14,715 nt of DNA from Bradyrhizobium oropedii (GTDB lineage Bacteria > Pseudomonadota > Alphaproteobacteria > Rhizobiales > Xanthobacteraceae). The stretch spans positions 1-14,715 of the forward strand of contig NZ_JACMYO010000204.1 of assembly GCF_020889685.1 (NCBI RefSeq), read 5' to 3'. Every line of letters starts with the position of its first letter. The stretch's first letter is position 1. The position numbers and the translations under genes are program-made. The notes beneath the pieces are model-generated. The model searched no databases. It was not told the origin of the DNA and saw nothing but the letters and a program-made list of their open reading frames with translations. Shown one piece after another: positions 7,285-14,715 of this stretch.

Positions 7285-7316
7285 GATACCCAGACAAGCT
7301 GATGGCGAGCTGACGG
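7285..7316 (-). promoter_or_regulatory. Candidate tts box (TtsI-dependent promoter element) upstream of nopT
   Basis: Minus strand reads ccGTCAGCTCGCCATCAGCTTGTCTGGGTATCC. Against the tts-box core as I recall it (GTCAGCTTnTCGAAAGCT), 12 of 17 specified positions match, including GTCAGCT and AGCT. It lies ~95 nt upstream of the nopT ATG. Confidence 0.45.
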
Positions 7317-7359
7317 GCAGCTGTTGTCCAGCTTAGAAAGCGTTCCTTTGTCGGACTTC

Positions 7360-8005
<646 letters not shown>

Positions 8006-8326
8006 CTTCCATCGGAGGTCGCGAGCGCCTCATGATGATTTCCAGATCGGCGCCGCAGTGAGTGCGGACAAACCGCCACCGGCGGATTGGCTGTCAATCG
8101 GCGTCGGACGGGGTCTCGGCGTCGACGCGAAGTTCGCTGGTCGACAGGGCGACGACGGCCGTGATCTTCCTGGCGTCGAACAAGACGGGCGCCCCAGTGG
8201 TCGGCGTCAATTGGACGAGAGCACCCCTGCGAAGGCGGGAAGGGTTAGCAGCTATGTTGCGCGAATAATCTTTTCATTGCGTGAACTTCCAAATCATTAC
8301 CTTGCCGGTTGCCGGCGAAAAACGGC

Positions 8327-8536
8327 CTACTTCAAAGCGGTCTCGATCAAATTGGCCAGCCTGGCTCCCGCCAGGGCGGCCCGCGCTCGGGCCACGTTCT
8401 TGGCGTCGGTCTCGTACTCGCGCGTCAGGAGGGGCGGGTTCTCTTGAGCCCAGACGGCGGGATCGACGATCTGCGCCTGCGCTGGGCTGACGCCGACGCC
8501 CGACAATCCGTCCTTGTCGTCCGCGTCGAAGATCAC
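8327..8536 (-). CDS. Hypothetical protein or C-terminal gene fragment
   Basis: GTG start only. The frame is open upstream (..WPWDWDAAFGGYASPYR) to a TAG with no ATG. Sequence: VIFDADDKDGLSGVGVSPAQAQIVDPAVWAQENPPLLTREYETDAKNVARARAALAGARLANLIETALK. It looks protein-like, but no family was recognised. Confidence 0.3.
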   Translation of the reverse strand: MIFDADDKDGLSGVGVSPAQAQIVDPAVWAQENPPLLTREYETDAKNVARARAALAGARLANLIETALK

Positions 8537-8692
8537 GCGATATGGCGAGGCGTAACCGCCAAAGGCGGCATCCCAGTCCCACGGCCAGCGCCTTCGATGG
8601 CGTCGGACGCAAGGCTCCGCTAACTGATGCGGCCTTGCTCCATTTACTCGCTGGCGCTAACGCTAGCCCTTCTGTCGGCGTAGGGGGGCACG

Positions 8693-8938
8693 GTGAGCAA
8701 CGCTCGCGAGTTTATCGATTTCTGGATCGAGAACAGCGTTCACGCTGTCGAGCAGTATCGGACGGTTGGCGCGTCGCAGGACGTGGCCGAACTCACCCGG
8801 CGCCTTGTCGAGGCTGCCGAAGGGCAGGGTATTTCGGAAGCCGAGTTGCGGGCTCAGATCGGCGACATTTCCGACTACATCGAAGGCCGGCTCAAGGCTG
8901 CGAATAGGGCTGAGAACGAGCGGCGTAAGCCTGCCTAA
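8693..8938 (+). CDS. DUF768-family small protein (common in rhizobial accessory regions)
   Basis: GTG 8693 is preceded by GGGGGG. 81 aa: MSNAREFIDFWIENSVHAVEQYRTVGASQDVAELTRRLVEAAEGQGISEAELRAQIGDISDYIEGRLKAANRAENERRKPA. The pattern matches my recollection of DUF768 proteins. Confidence 0.6.
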   Translation: MSNAREFIDFWIENSVHAVEQYRTVGASQDVAELTRRLVEAAEGQGISEAELRAQIGDISDYIEGRLKAANRAENERRKPA

Positions 8939-9077
8939 GCAACCTACAACTTGGCGGGGAAAGCCTTTGCTATCCAGAGTGGCCCTCCGGAAACAGGCCG
9001 CGCTCGCTACTCAGCCACTTTGTAAACGTCGCAGGGTTCGAGCTTAAGTTCTTCGAACGTTCGCTGCTGCTCAACGG

Positions 9078-9745
9078 TCAGCGCGACGTCCAACACCAAC
9101 CGCTACCATCTAAGTGGATGGAACATACTCTGGTGTGCTCTGGAACTACCTGACTTGGTAGCTGCCCATGCCACGTAGCCGGTGTTAAGTAGGCTTGAGC
9201 GAGGGGGCCGATCGAACCCCGTGGATGCTGTGCAGAGCCTCCAGTTCGGTCCGAGGTCGTCCGCTTGTCCTTCACGCTCTCTAAGGCGGCCGGGGCAGCT
9301 TGGCAGATGGAATGGATATGCAACAGCGGAGCCCGCTCCCGAATGGTGATCGATCGGCCGGCCATTTTCGGAACACCGCTTACGAGCTCAATAAGAGCAG
9401 TCCCTATTTCGATGCAGCTCACGCGGCCTGCCTCATGGTCGAGGGACGTTCCACGACAGGCGGGCCTTTGTTTTGGACCCCGGTCCACTGTTCGACTTCG
9501 AAGGCATCTCAGAATCGCTAAGGCGAACGTCTTCGGCGCGTCCGCACGGTAGGATGAATATTTCTGGAGAGCGCACTAATGCCCGACTGGGATATGCACT
9601 CATTGTCGGCCAGCGCACCCAGAAAAATGCTTCAACCTCGGTACGACGGCTTGGCAATTTCGTCCACCAGGATGGTGTCGCCGCCCGAACCCGCGGGCTT
9701 CATCAGGCGCCGGCCCGGATCGCCGCGCAGCATCGAAGCGCTGGT
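9078..9745 (-). pseudogene. Probable sigma54-dependent transcriptional activator (bEBP, NtrC/NifA family) relic: 5'-truncated and frame-scrambled
   Basis: Minus-strand fragments appear in the correct order but in different frames. (1) GRRLMKPAGSGGDTILVDEIAKPS, Walker-B-like GG(T)L.(L)DEI, about 9710-9650. (2) PEIFILPCGRAEDVRL, compare LPPLRER.EDI, 9555-9526. (3) ARLSWNVPRP, compare W(PG)NVR, about 9453-9445. (4) SCIEIGTALIELVSG, compare NCIERA. (5) ALESVKDK...RTGGS, compare the Fis-type HTH region, about 9275-9235. There is no Walker A or sensor domain, and several internal deletions are implied. Confidence 0.45.
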
Positions 9746-9831
9746 CCCTAACGAGCTATCCGTCTTGGAATCCAAAACCAATCAAACAAAACCTCCGTAT
9801 CGAGGTACTGGGACAAAATTGAGGGGAAATA

Positions 9832-10608
9832 ATGTCTGACGCTGCGTTAGATCGCACACCGAATGTCACGGGAACCAAGACCCTTAGCATAAACTACGGA
9901 TTGTTCGCGTTCGCGATCGTTGCGCTGACGATCCTCTACATCTGCGCGCGGCTGTATCAGCAGGCTTTTGGTTTCTCCATGGGGCTCGATGCAAGTTCAC
10001 CAGAATTTGGCGAATACTGGATGACGCTCTTCAGGATCGAATTACCGGTCTTGTATGGCGCAGGCGCGCTCTGCTGGACCTATCTCTTCCTGACGCGTGA
10101 CAAGAACATTGAGGCCATCACGCCCGAGGTCGAGTTGCGCAGTTACTTTTATCTGACCATGTGGCTCGTCGTGTACAGTTTCTGCATCTTCTGGACAGGC
10201 AGCTTCTTCGCCGATGGAGATGGAGTCTGGCATCAGACGACCCTCAGAGACACGCCGTTTACTCCCAGTCACATAATTCTGTTCTATGCGACCATTCCAA
10301 TCTATCTCTTCTTTGGCGTAGGCAGCTTTGTTTACGCAATGACCCGCATTCCGGCTTTCTGCAGGGGGATCTCGCTCATGCATGTCTTCGCCGTAGTGGG
10401 GCCTTTCCTCATTTTGCCGAATCTCGGTTTCAACGAATGGGGGCATGCTTACTGGCTCACCGAGGAAATCTTCTCCCATCCGCTGCATTGGGGTTTCGTG
10501 GTTCTTGGATGGTGCGCACTCGCGCTGGCGGGCGTCCTGATGCAGATCGTCGGACGATTTAGAGAACTCGTTCCAATTGTATTCAAGCAGGAAGCAGCGA
10601 GCGCGTGA
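9832..10608 (+). CDS. xmoC: Copper membrane monooxygenase subunit C (PmoC/AmoC family)
   Basis: GAGGGGA RBS (9821-9827), ATG 9832, 258 aa. Family motifs: FGFSMGLDASSPEFGEYWM; GDGVWHQTTLRDTPFTPSH (D130/H134/H147); NEWGHAYWLTEEIFSHPLHWGFV (N201/H205/H219). Multiple hydrophobic helices. Confidence 0.95.
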   Translation: MSDAALDRTPNVTGTKTLSINYGLFAFAIVALTILYICARLYQQAFGFSMGLDASSPEFGEYWMTLFRIELPVLYGAGALCWTYLFLTRDKNIEAITPEVELRSYFYLTMWLVVYSFCIFWTGSFFADGDGVWHQTTLRDTPFTPSHIILFYATIPIYLFFGVGSFVYAMTRIPAFCRGISLMHVFAVVGPFLILPNLGFNEWGHAYWLTEEIFSHPLHWGFVVLGWCALALAGVLMQIVGRFRELVPIVFKQEAASA

Positions 10609-10738
10609 CGAACGCACGTCTGCTACGCGTTGGAAAAATCGCGGTGCGGGAAGCCGTGCGACAACAATACAAGCCATCAGCTATTCCCGGACAGCGATCG
10701 CAGTTCGGCAAGAGCAGGTAAACCCTGGGGAGAGAGGA

Positions 10739-11587
10739 GTGACCTCAATTACCGACATCGATGCAGTGGCGATTCCGAAAAGGAAAGCTGGCCCCAAAGG
10801 TGAGACGGTCATTTCTGTCTCCGGTCTAACCCCCGGGGCAGCAAGATACTCCCGCATGTTCGACTTCTTGGTCGTGGCGGCGGTGGTGCCCCTCTTTGCG
10901 GGAGCATTCCATCTGCACGTGATGCTCACGGTCGGTGATTGGGACATGTATGTCGACTGGAAAGACCGGCAATATTGGCCCCTTGTCACGCCCATCTCCA
11001 TGATCATGTTTCCTGCTGCTCTGCAGGCGATCTTCTGGGTCAACTTCCGTTTGCCCATCGGCGCGACGGTGGGCGCAACAGTATTGCTGATTACCACGTG
11101 GCTCGGACGTTACGCGAATTGGTGGATATGGACAGGCTTCCCGTTCACGGAAGGTGTGCCCTCACAGGTGATCGCGGGCGCATTGTTGATGGATATGGCG
11201 TTAATCGTCCTTCGCAATAGCCTGTTCACATCCATCTTCGCGGGCTTTGCGTTCGGATTCGTATTCTGGCCATCGAATTATTCCGCTTTGGCTCCGTTCT
11301 ATCTCCCGGTCGAGCACCAAGGAATGGTCGCATCGTTGGCCGACATGATCGGTTACACATTTCCGCGTTCGAACATGCCTGAGTATCTGCGTATCATTGA
11401 GCGCGGTACGCTCCGGACTTTCGGTAGCTCGGTCAGTTGGGTGTCGGCGGCGTTCGCGGGCTTCATCTGCATATTCATGCACCAACTTTGGTGGCAGCTT
11501 GGGCGTTTTGCGTCCCAGACGACGTTCCTCAAGAACGGCGATGTCGTCAAATCCTTCATGGGTATGAAAAGCAGGCCAGCGTCCTAA
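10739..11587 (+). CDS. xmoA: Copper membrane monooxygenase subunit A (PmoA/AmoA family)
   Basis: Motifs: HLHVMLTVGDWDMYVDWKDRQYWPLVTPI..., LPIGATV, MPEYLRIIERGTLRTFG. The start is uncertain. GTG 10739 has GGGGAG 6 nt upstream; GTG 10766 and ATG 10856 are in-frame alternatives. The ORF-track start at 10577 overlaps xmoC and is unlikely. Stop TAA at 11585-11587. Confidence 0.9.
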   Translation: MTSITDIDAVAIPKRKAGPKGETVISVSGLTPGAARYSRMFDFLVVAAVVPLFAGAFHLHVMLTVGDWDMYVDWKDRQYWPLVTPISMIMFPAALQAIFWVNFRLPIGATVGATVLLITTWLGRYANWWIWTGFPFTEGVPSQVIAGALLMDMALIVLRNSLFTSIFAGFAFGFVFWPSNYSALAPFYLPVEHQGMVASLADMIGYTFPRSNMPEYLRIIERGTLRTFGSSVSWVSAAFAGFICIFMHQLWWQLGRFASQTTFLKNGDVVKSFMGMKSRPAS

Positions 11588-11612
11588 GCGAATAAGCACA
11601 GGGAACACGGGT

Positions 11613-12860
11613 ATGTTGGCGAAACTTATAAAACTCGCTGCAGGTTGGGTTGTCGCCTTCACTGTCGGAGTGTCTAGCGCAGCCGCTCATGGCGAACGTG
11701 CTCAGGAGCCATACTTGAGGACCAGGACGGTACAATTCTACGATGTCCACTTTTCCAAAACTGACGTGAAGGTGAACGAGCGATTCGAGCTAACGGGAAA
11801 ATTCAGGCTGATGGAGGACTGGCCGGACGCAGTTACTCCGCCGGATATTGTTTTCGTATCGAGCGTATCGCCGGGGCCGACAATTGCCAGGGTGGAAACA
11901 TACCTCAACGGTGAGCCAGCGAGGCAGTCTTTCGCAAAGCTGGAACTTGGCCGCGACTACGATTTTCGAATGGTTCTTGAGGGGCGCACATCGGGCAGCA
12001 GCCACATCCATCCCTCGATCTCGATCAAGGGATCTGGCCCTCTGGTGGGGCCGGGGCAGTGGATAAACATCTCGGGTGATGCGCATTCGTTCGCGTTTCC
12101 GATCAAGACTATGACTGGTCTGCAGATCGACGACTTGCAGACGTTCGGGCTGACTAACGCGATCGGATGGCATGTGGCCTGGCTGGCCGTGGCTGCGGCA
12201 TGGTTGTTGTTCTGGTTGGTTCGTCCACTGTTTTTGCCTCGATGGCTTGTTCTGCAGAAGGGCAGGGAGGATTTGTTGGTTTCGTTGAGAGACACCGGGG
12301 TCGGGATCATAGTGGCGGCGATCGTTCTCGTCATGGTCTTCGGCGGCTATGTCCGAGCCAATCAGGAATATCCATATAATGTGCCCCTCCAGAGCGGGTT
12401 GAATAAGGTCGCGCCGCGCCCGGCAAGCCCTGCTGACGCAGAGGTCAAGGTCATATCGGCCACCTATGACGTGCCGGGCCGTTCGATGAGATTAGCGACC
12501 AGGATAACGAACAAAGGATCAGAACCTCTTTCAATCGGCGAGCTTACGACCGCAAACATCCGCTTTCTCAATCAGGGGCTCCCGGCAGCAATAGCCAATG
12601 TAGATCCGACCTACCCAAGGGATCTCGTTGCACGCACAGGGCTTGAGCTCAGTAGTGATACGCCGATAAATCCCGGTGAGACGAGAGAGGTGCTCGTCGA
12701 GGCAACGGACGCCGTGTGGGAATTGGAGCGCCTTGTCAGCTTCCTCACCGACGTCGACTCCAAGTTCGGCGGGTTGTTGCTCCTCTACACTCCGAATGGG
12801 AAACGCGTCATAGCGGAGATGGGCGGACCAATCGTGCCCGTATTCACCGAACTTAAGTAA
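11613..12860 (+). CDS. xmoB: Copper membrane monooxygenase subunit B (PmoB/AmoB family)
   Basis: 415 aa. Signal peptide ...VGVSSAAA|H26GERAQEPYLRTRTVQFYD. H131-I-H133 sits in GRTSGSSHIHPSISIKGSGPLVGPGQWI. Two central TM helices (WHVAWLAVAAAWLLFWLV, VGIIVAAIVLVMVFGGY) are followed by a C-terminal cupredoxin-like half. Confidence 0.95.
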   Translation: MLAKLIKLAAGWVVAFTVGVSSAAAHGERAQEPYLRTRTVQFYDVHFSKTDVKVNERFELTGKFRLMEDWPDAVTPPDIVFVSSVSPGPTIARVETYLNGEPARQSFAKLELGRDYDFRMVLEGRTSGSSHIHPSISIKGSGPLVGPGQWINISGDAHSFAFPIKTMTGLQIDDLQTFGLTNAIGWHVAWLAVAAAWLLFWLVRPLFLPRWLVLQKGREDLLVSLRDTGVGIIVAAIVLVMVFGGYVRANQEYPYNVPLQSGLNKVAPRPASPADAEVKVISATYDVPGRSMRLATRITNKGSEPLSIGELTTANIRFLNQGLPAAIANVDPTYPRDLVARTGLELSSDTPINPGETREVLVEATDAVWELERLVSFLTDVDSKFGGLLLLYTPNGKRVIAEMGGPIVPVFTELK

Positions 12861-12874
12861 GCTTGGGTGCGCGA

Positions 12875-13504
12875 ATGTTGCGACGAGGTCAGTGGTGGAC
12901 GACCGCGAGCGGAAGAGGGGCGTTCCCGGCCGTCCTTGTGATGGCGCTCGGCGCTCTCTTTGTTCTTGCCGCCGTCCGCGAAGGTCATGCGCACGGAGCT
13001 GTGTCCATGGAGGCTGACCAATGCAAGCTGAAGGTGGACAGCTACTTCATGCATTTTACTGGCTATCAGCCGCAGAGCTCGAGAGCCGAATTTTGTGAGG
13101 ACATACCGGAGGTCGGGCGAACGATCATTGTTCTCGATTTCGTCGACGAGTCCCTGCGAGACATCCCGGTAAGCGTGAACCTGGCTAGAGATGACGGCGT
13201 ACAAAGGATGGAAATGACGAACACACCATCCAGCATACTCTACATTCCACCAAGGAAGTATCCGAACGGAACGATCAAGATCGACGTCAATTTCGAGAAA
13301 GCCGGCAGATACGTCGGCATGGTGGCGATCGAGCATCGCGGGCAAAGCGTGGCAAACTTTCCATTCGACGTGGGGCGAGGCTGGAGTCTGATACGTCTTC
13401 TGGCGTGGTGCCTGGTCATAGTGTCAGGCGCCGTGGGAACGTTTCTGTGGGCACGGCGACGATACTCGATCGGGCGGGAGCTATCCTGGGCGAACCACAG
13501 ATAA
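12875..13504 (+). CDS. Secreted, C-terminally membrane-anchored protein in the pmoD/amoD position (possible PmoD-like copper protein)
   Basis: ATG 12875; the ORF track uses TTG 12863. N-terminal signal-like segment FPAVLVMALGALFVLAAVREGHA|HGAV. Also present: C50-x8-M59-H60, FC74EDIP, and a C-terminal helix WSLIRLLAWCLVIVSGAVGTFLWARRRY. It is tightly packed between xmoB and copC. Confidence 0.7.
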   Translation: MLRRGQWWTTASGRGAFPAVLVMALGALFVLAAVREGHAHGAVSMEADQCKLKVDSYFMHFTGYQPQSSRAEFCEDIPEVGRTIIVLDFVDESLRDIPVSVNLARDDGVQRMEMTNTPSSILYIPPRKYPNGTIKIDVNFEKAGRYVGMVAIEHRGQSVANFPFDVGRGWSLIRLLAWCLVIVSGAVGTFLWARRRYSIGRELSWANHR

Positions 13505-13519
13505 AGGAGAGTTGTTTCG

Positions 13520-13879
13520 ATGAGAAGGTTCGTGCTCGTCATGATGGCCGTGCTGATCGGGATGCCAGGCGCGGTACTCGCTCACGCGCATCTCATTCGA
13601 TCGACGCCGCAAGATGGCAGCGAAATTTCAGCTCCGATCGACCCGATGGTCCTGTACTTCACTGAAGCGCTCGAACAGGGGCTCATCAATGTCGCCCTTT
13701 CTCGCGATGATAAAGCCGTATCAGGGCTTTCGCAGCCCGTGCTAAGCGGCAATGGGCGAATCGTGAATGTTTCATTGCCTCATCTATCTGCCGGGCTCTA
13801 TACCGTCAGTTGGAGCGTTGTCTCGATTGACGGGCATCGCACGGAAGGCAAGTTTAAATTTCTCTACCGAGGACCTTGA
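13520..13879 (+). CDS. copC: Periplasmic copper-binding protein CopC
   Basis: AAGGAG (13504-13509), ATG 13520, 119 aa. Signal peptide ...GMPGAVLA|HAHLIRSTP gives an N-terminal His after cleavage. ...GLYTVSWSVVSIDGHRTEGKFKF shows the D-x-H pattern typical of the CopC Cu(II) site. No Met-rich Cu(I) loop is evident. Confidence 0.9.
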   Translation: MRRFVLVMMAVLIGMPGAVLAHAHLIRSTPQDGSEISAPIDPMVLYFTEALEQGLINVALSRDDKAVSGLSQPVLSGNGRIVNVSLPHLSAGLYTVSWSVVSIDGHRTEGKFKFLYRGP

Positions 13880-14715
13880 TGGAAACGGTCCTCTCACTTG
13901 CGCGAGGGACTGCTTTCGCCTCCACGGCAGCTTTCGGCGGATTCTGCTGGGGTTTGGCACTGTGGCGCGAGGGTCTTGAAAGCGGCACTCGGTCGCGCTT
14001 CACGACGATAGCTTCCATCGCTGCGTCCGTAGCACTGGTCCTCAGTCTCTTGTATTTGACGGTTCGGATCGGCGCCGTCCTTGGCAAGCCGGTCTTGGCG
14101 GTCAGCTCCAGCGACGTGCTCTTCATCATTTTGGACACGCGGTTCGGGAGAGCTCAGGTCGCGGCGCTTGGGTTTGTGCTAGTCGGAGTTGCGAGCTTGC
14201 GACTTCTTCACAAGCCAGGTCTTGCCGCGAGTTTCAGCGGACTATCGCTGCTGGTGGGATTGTCCTCGAGCCACTCGGCGGCTGGCGGCACTATAGCAGG
14301 CTTCGCGATCAATATGATCCATGTTGCTGCGGCGGCGCTCTGGTTCGGAGGACTGTCAACCCTCGTTGTCGCGATGGCTCGACAGGCAGCGGAGAGGCCC
14401 GAAAGTAAATCCAGGCTCCTGAGCGGCTTTTCGACGGTCGCGCTGCCGCTCATGTTGCTCGTGGTCGCAACCGGAGTAGCTCTAGCAATCGAAAACGTGG
14501 GGACCTGGCCGGGTTTGGTGGCGACCGAATATGGCTGGCTCCTGACGGGAAAGTTCGCCTGCATCGGCCCGGTCCTGATCTGCGCTGCGTTTATCAGACA
14601 AAGGCTATTGCCGTTGCTAAAGACCGAAGGGGCAACTCAGCCACTCGGGATGGTCTTGAAGATCGAGCTAGCCTTCGCATTTCTGGTCACGTTACTTGCT
14701 GGCTGCCTGTCTCAG
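13879..14715 (+). CDS. copD: Copper resistance/import membrane protein CopD (partial; continues past window end)
   Basis: ATG 13879 overlaps the copC TGA (13877-13879). 279 codons are open to the window edge. The product is polytopic and hydrophobic, with ...SSSHSAAGGTIAGFAINMIHVAAAALWFGGL..., typical of CopD. It is not in the ORF track because no stop is reached. Confidence 0.85.
   Translation, partial: METVLSLARGTAFASTAAFGGFCWGLALWREGLESGTRSRFTTIASIAASVALVLSLLYLTVRIGAVLGKPVLAVSSSDVLFIILDTRFGRAQVAALGFVLVGVASLRLLHKPGLAASFSGLSLLVGLSSSHSAAGGTIAGFAINMIHVAAAALWFGGLSTLVVAMARQAAERPESKSRLLSGFSTVALPLMLLVVATGVALAIENVGTWPGLVATEYGWLLTGKFACIGPVLICAAFIRQRLLPLLKTEGATQPLGMVLKIELAFAFLVTLLAGCLSQ

Noticed and set aside
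9036-9060. Palindrome GTTCGA-N11-TCGAAC as a possible terminator of the bEBP relic or the DUF768 gene
   Set aside because: The stem is only 6 bp with an 11-nt loop containing its own CTTAAG palindrome, and there is no U-tract on either strand.
9201-9224. tRNA T-arm-like GGTTCGATC motif (minus strand: ACGGGGTTCGATCGGCCCCCTCGC), possibly an integrase att/tRNA remnant
   Set aside because: The flanking sequence cannot be folded into acceptor, D or anticodon arms, and the T-loop spacing is wrong. The motif lies inside the HTH region of the putative bEBP relic, so it is likely a chance match.
9651-9666. Sigma54 -24-like TTGGCA upstream of xmoC
   Set aside because: No GC dinucleotide is present at the -12 position with correct spacing (TGGCAATTTCGTCCAC). 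A second candidate, TGGGAC-N4-TTGA at ~9808-9822, has wrong spacing and overlaps the RBS.
9758-9795. nod-box-like string upstream of xmoC (ATCcgtcttggaATCCAaaaCCAATCaAACAA)
   Set aside because: It shares only short words (ATCCA, CCAATC, AACAA) with the ~47-bp nod-box consensus. The ATC-N9-GAT dyads are absent, the length is too short, and it is too close to the ATG. I do not consider it a NodD site without experimental or PWM support.
10042-12334. Several long minus-strand ORFs (10042-10677, 10681-11097, 11201-11662, 11790-12173, 11957-12334), plus 12785-13345 and 14208-14564
   Set aside because: All are antisense to the strongly supported xmoC/A/B, orfD and copD genes. They overlap each other and have Arg/Pro/Ser-rich junk composition, so they are shadow ORFs.

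Overview
High-GC mosaic that looks like part of a rhizobial symbiosis island or plasmid. The Bradyrhizobium-like host is an inference from the NopT-type effector, a tts-box-like motif, a DUF768 gene and an endonuclease-less group II intron. Positions 1-9750 are an accessory junkyard. They hold the 3' end of a group II intron (RT/maturase ORF, domains V and VI, predicted 3' splice site 676/677) and a PLP-dependent decarboxylase pseudogene with at least four frameshifts plus a nonsense codon. They also hold hypothetical gene fragments, two overlapping paralogous Pro-rich mini-ORFs, and a tyrosine-recombinase tail. Further along are a decayed two-gene module of unknown function, head-to-head with a DUF262 (DGQQRLTT) pseudogene, and an intact NopT-like YopT/AvrPphB-family type III effector gene with a candidate tts box. 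The stretch ends with a DDE transposase relic, a DUF768 gene and a probable sigma54-activator relic. Positions 9832-14715 are different: a tight, lesion-free six-gene operon, xmoC-xmoA-xmoB-orfD-copC-copD. It encodes a divergent copper membrane monooxygenase (pMMO/AMO family) with all canonical metal ligands retained, a protein in the PmoD slot, and CopC/CopD. This intact CuMMO operon inside an effector-bearing, otherwise decaying rhizobial island is the main item worth follow-up. No rRNA, tRNA or CRISPR array was found. All homology calls are by-eye motif recognition, with no searches run.
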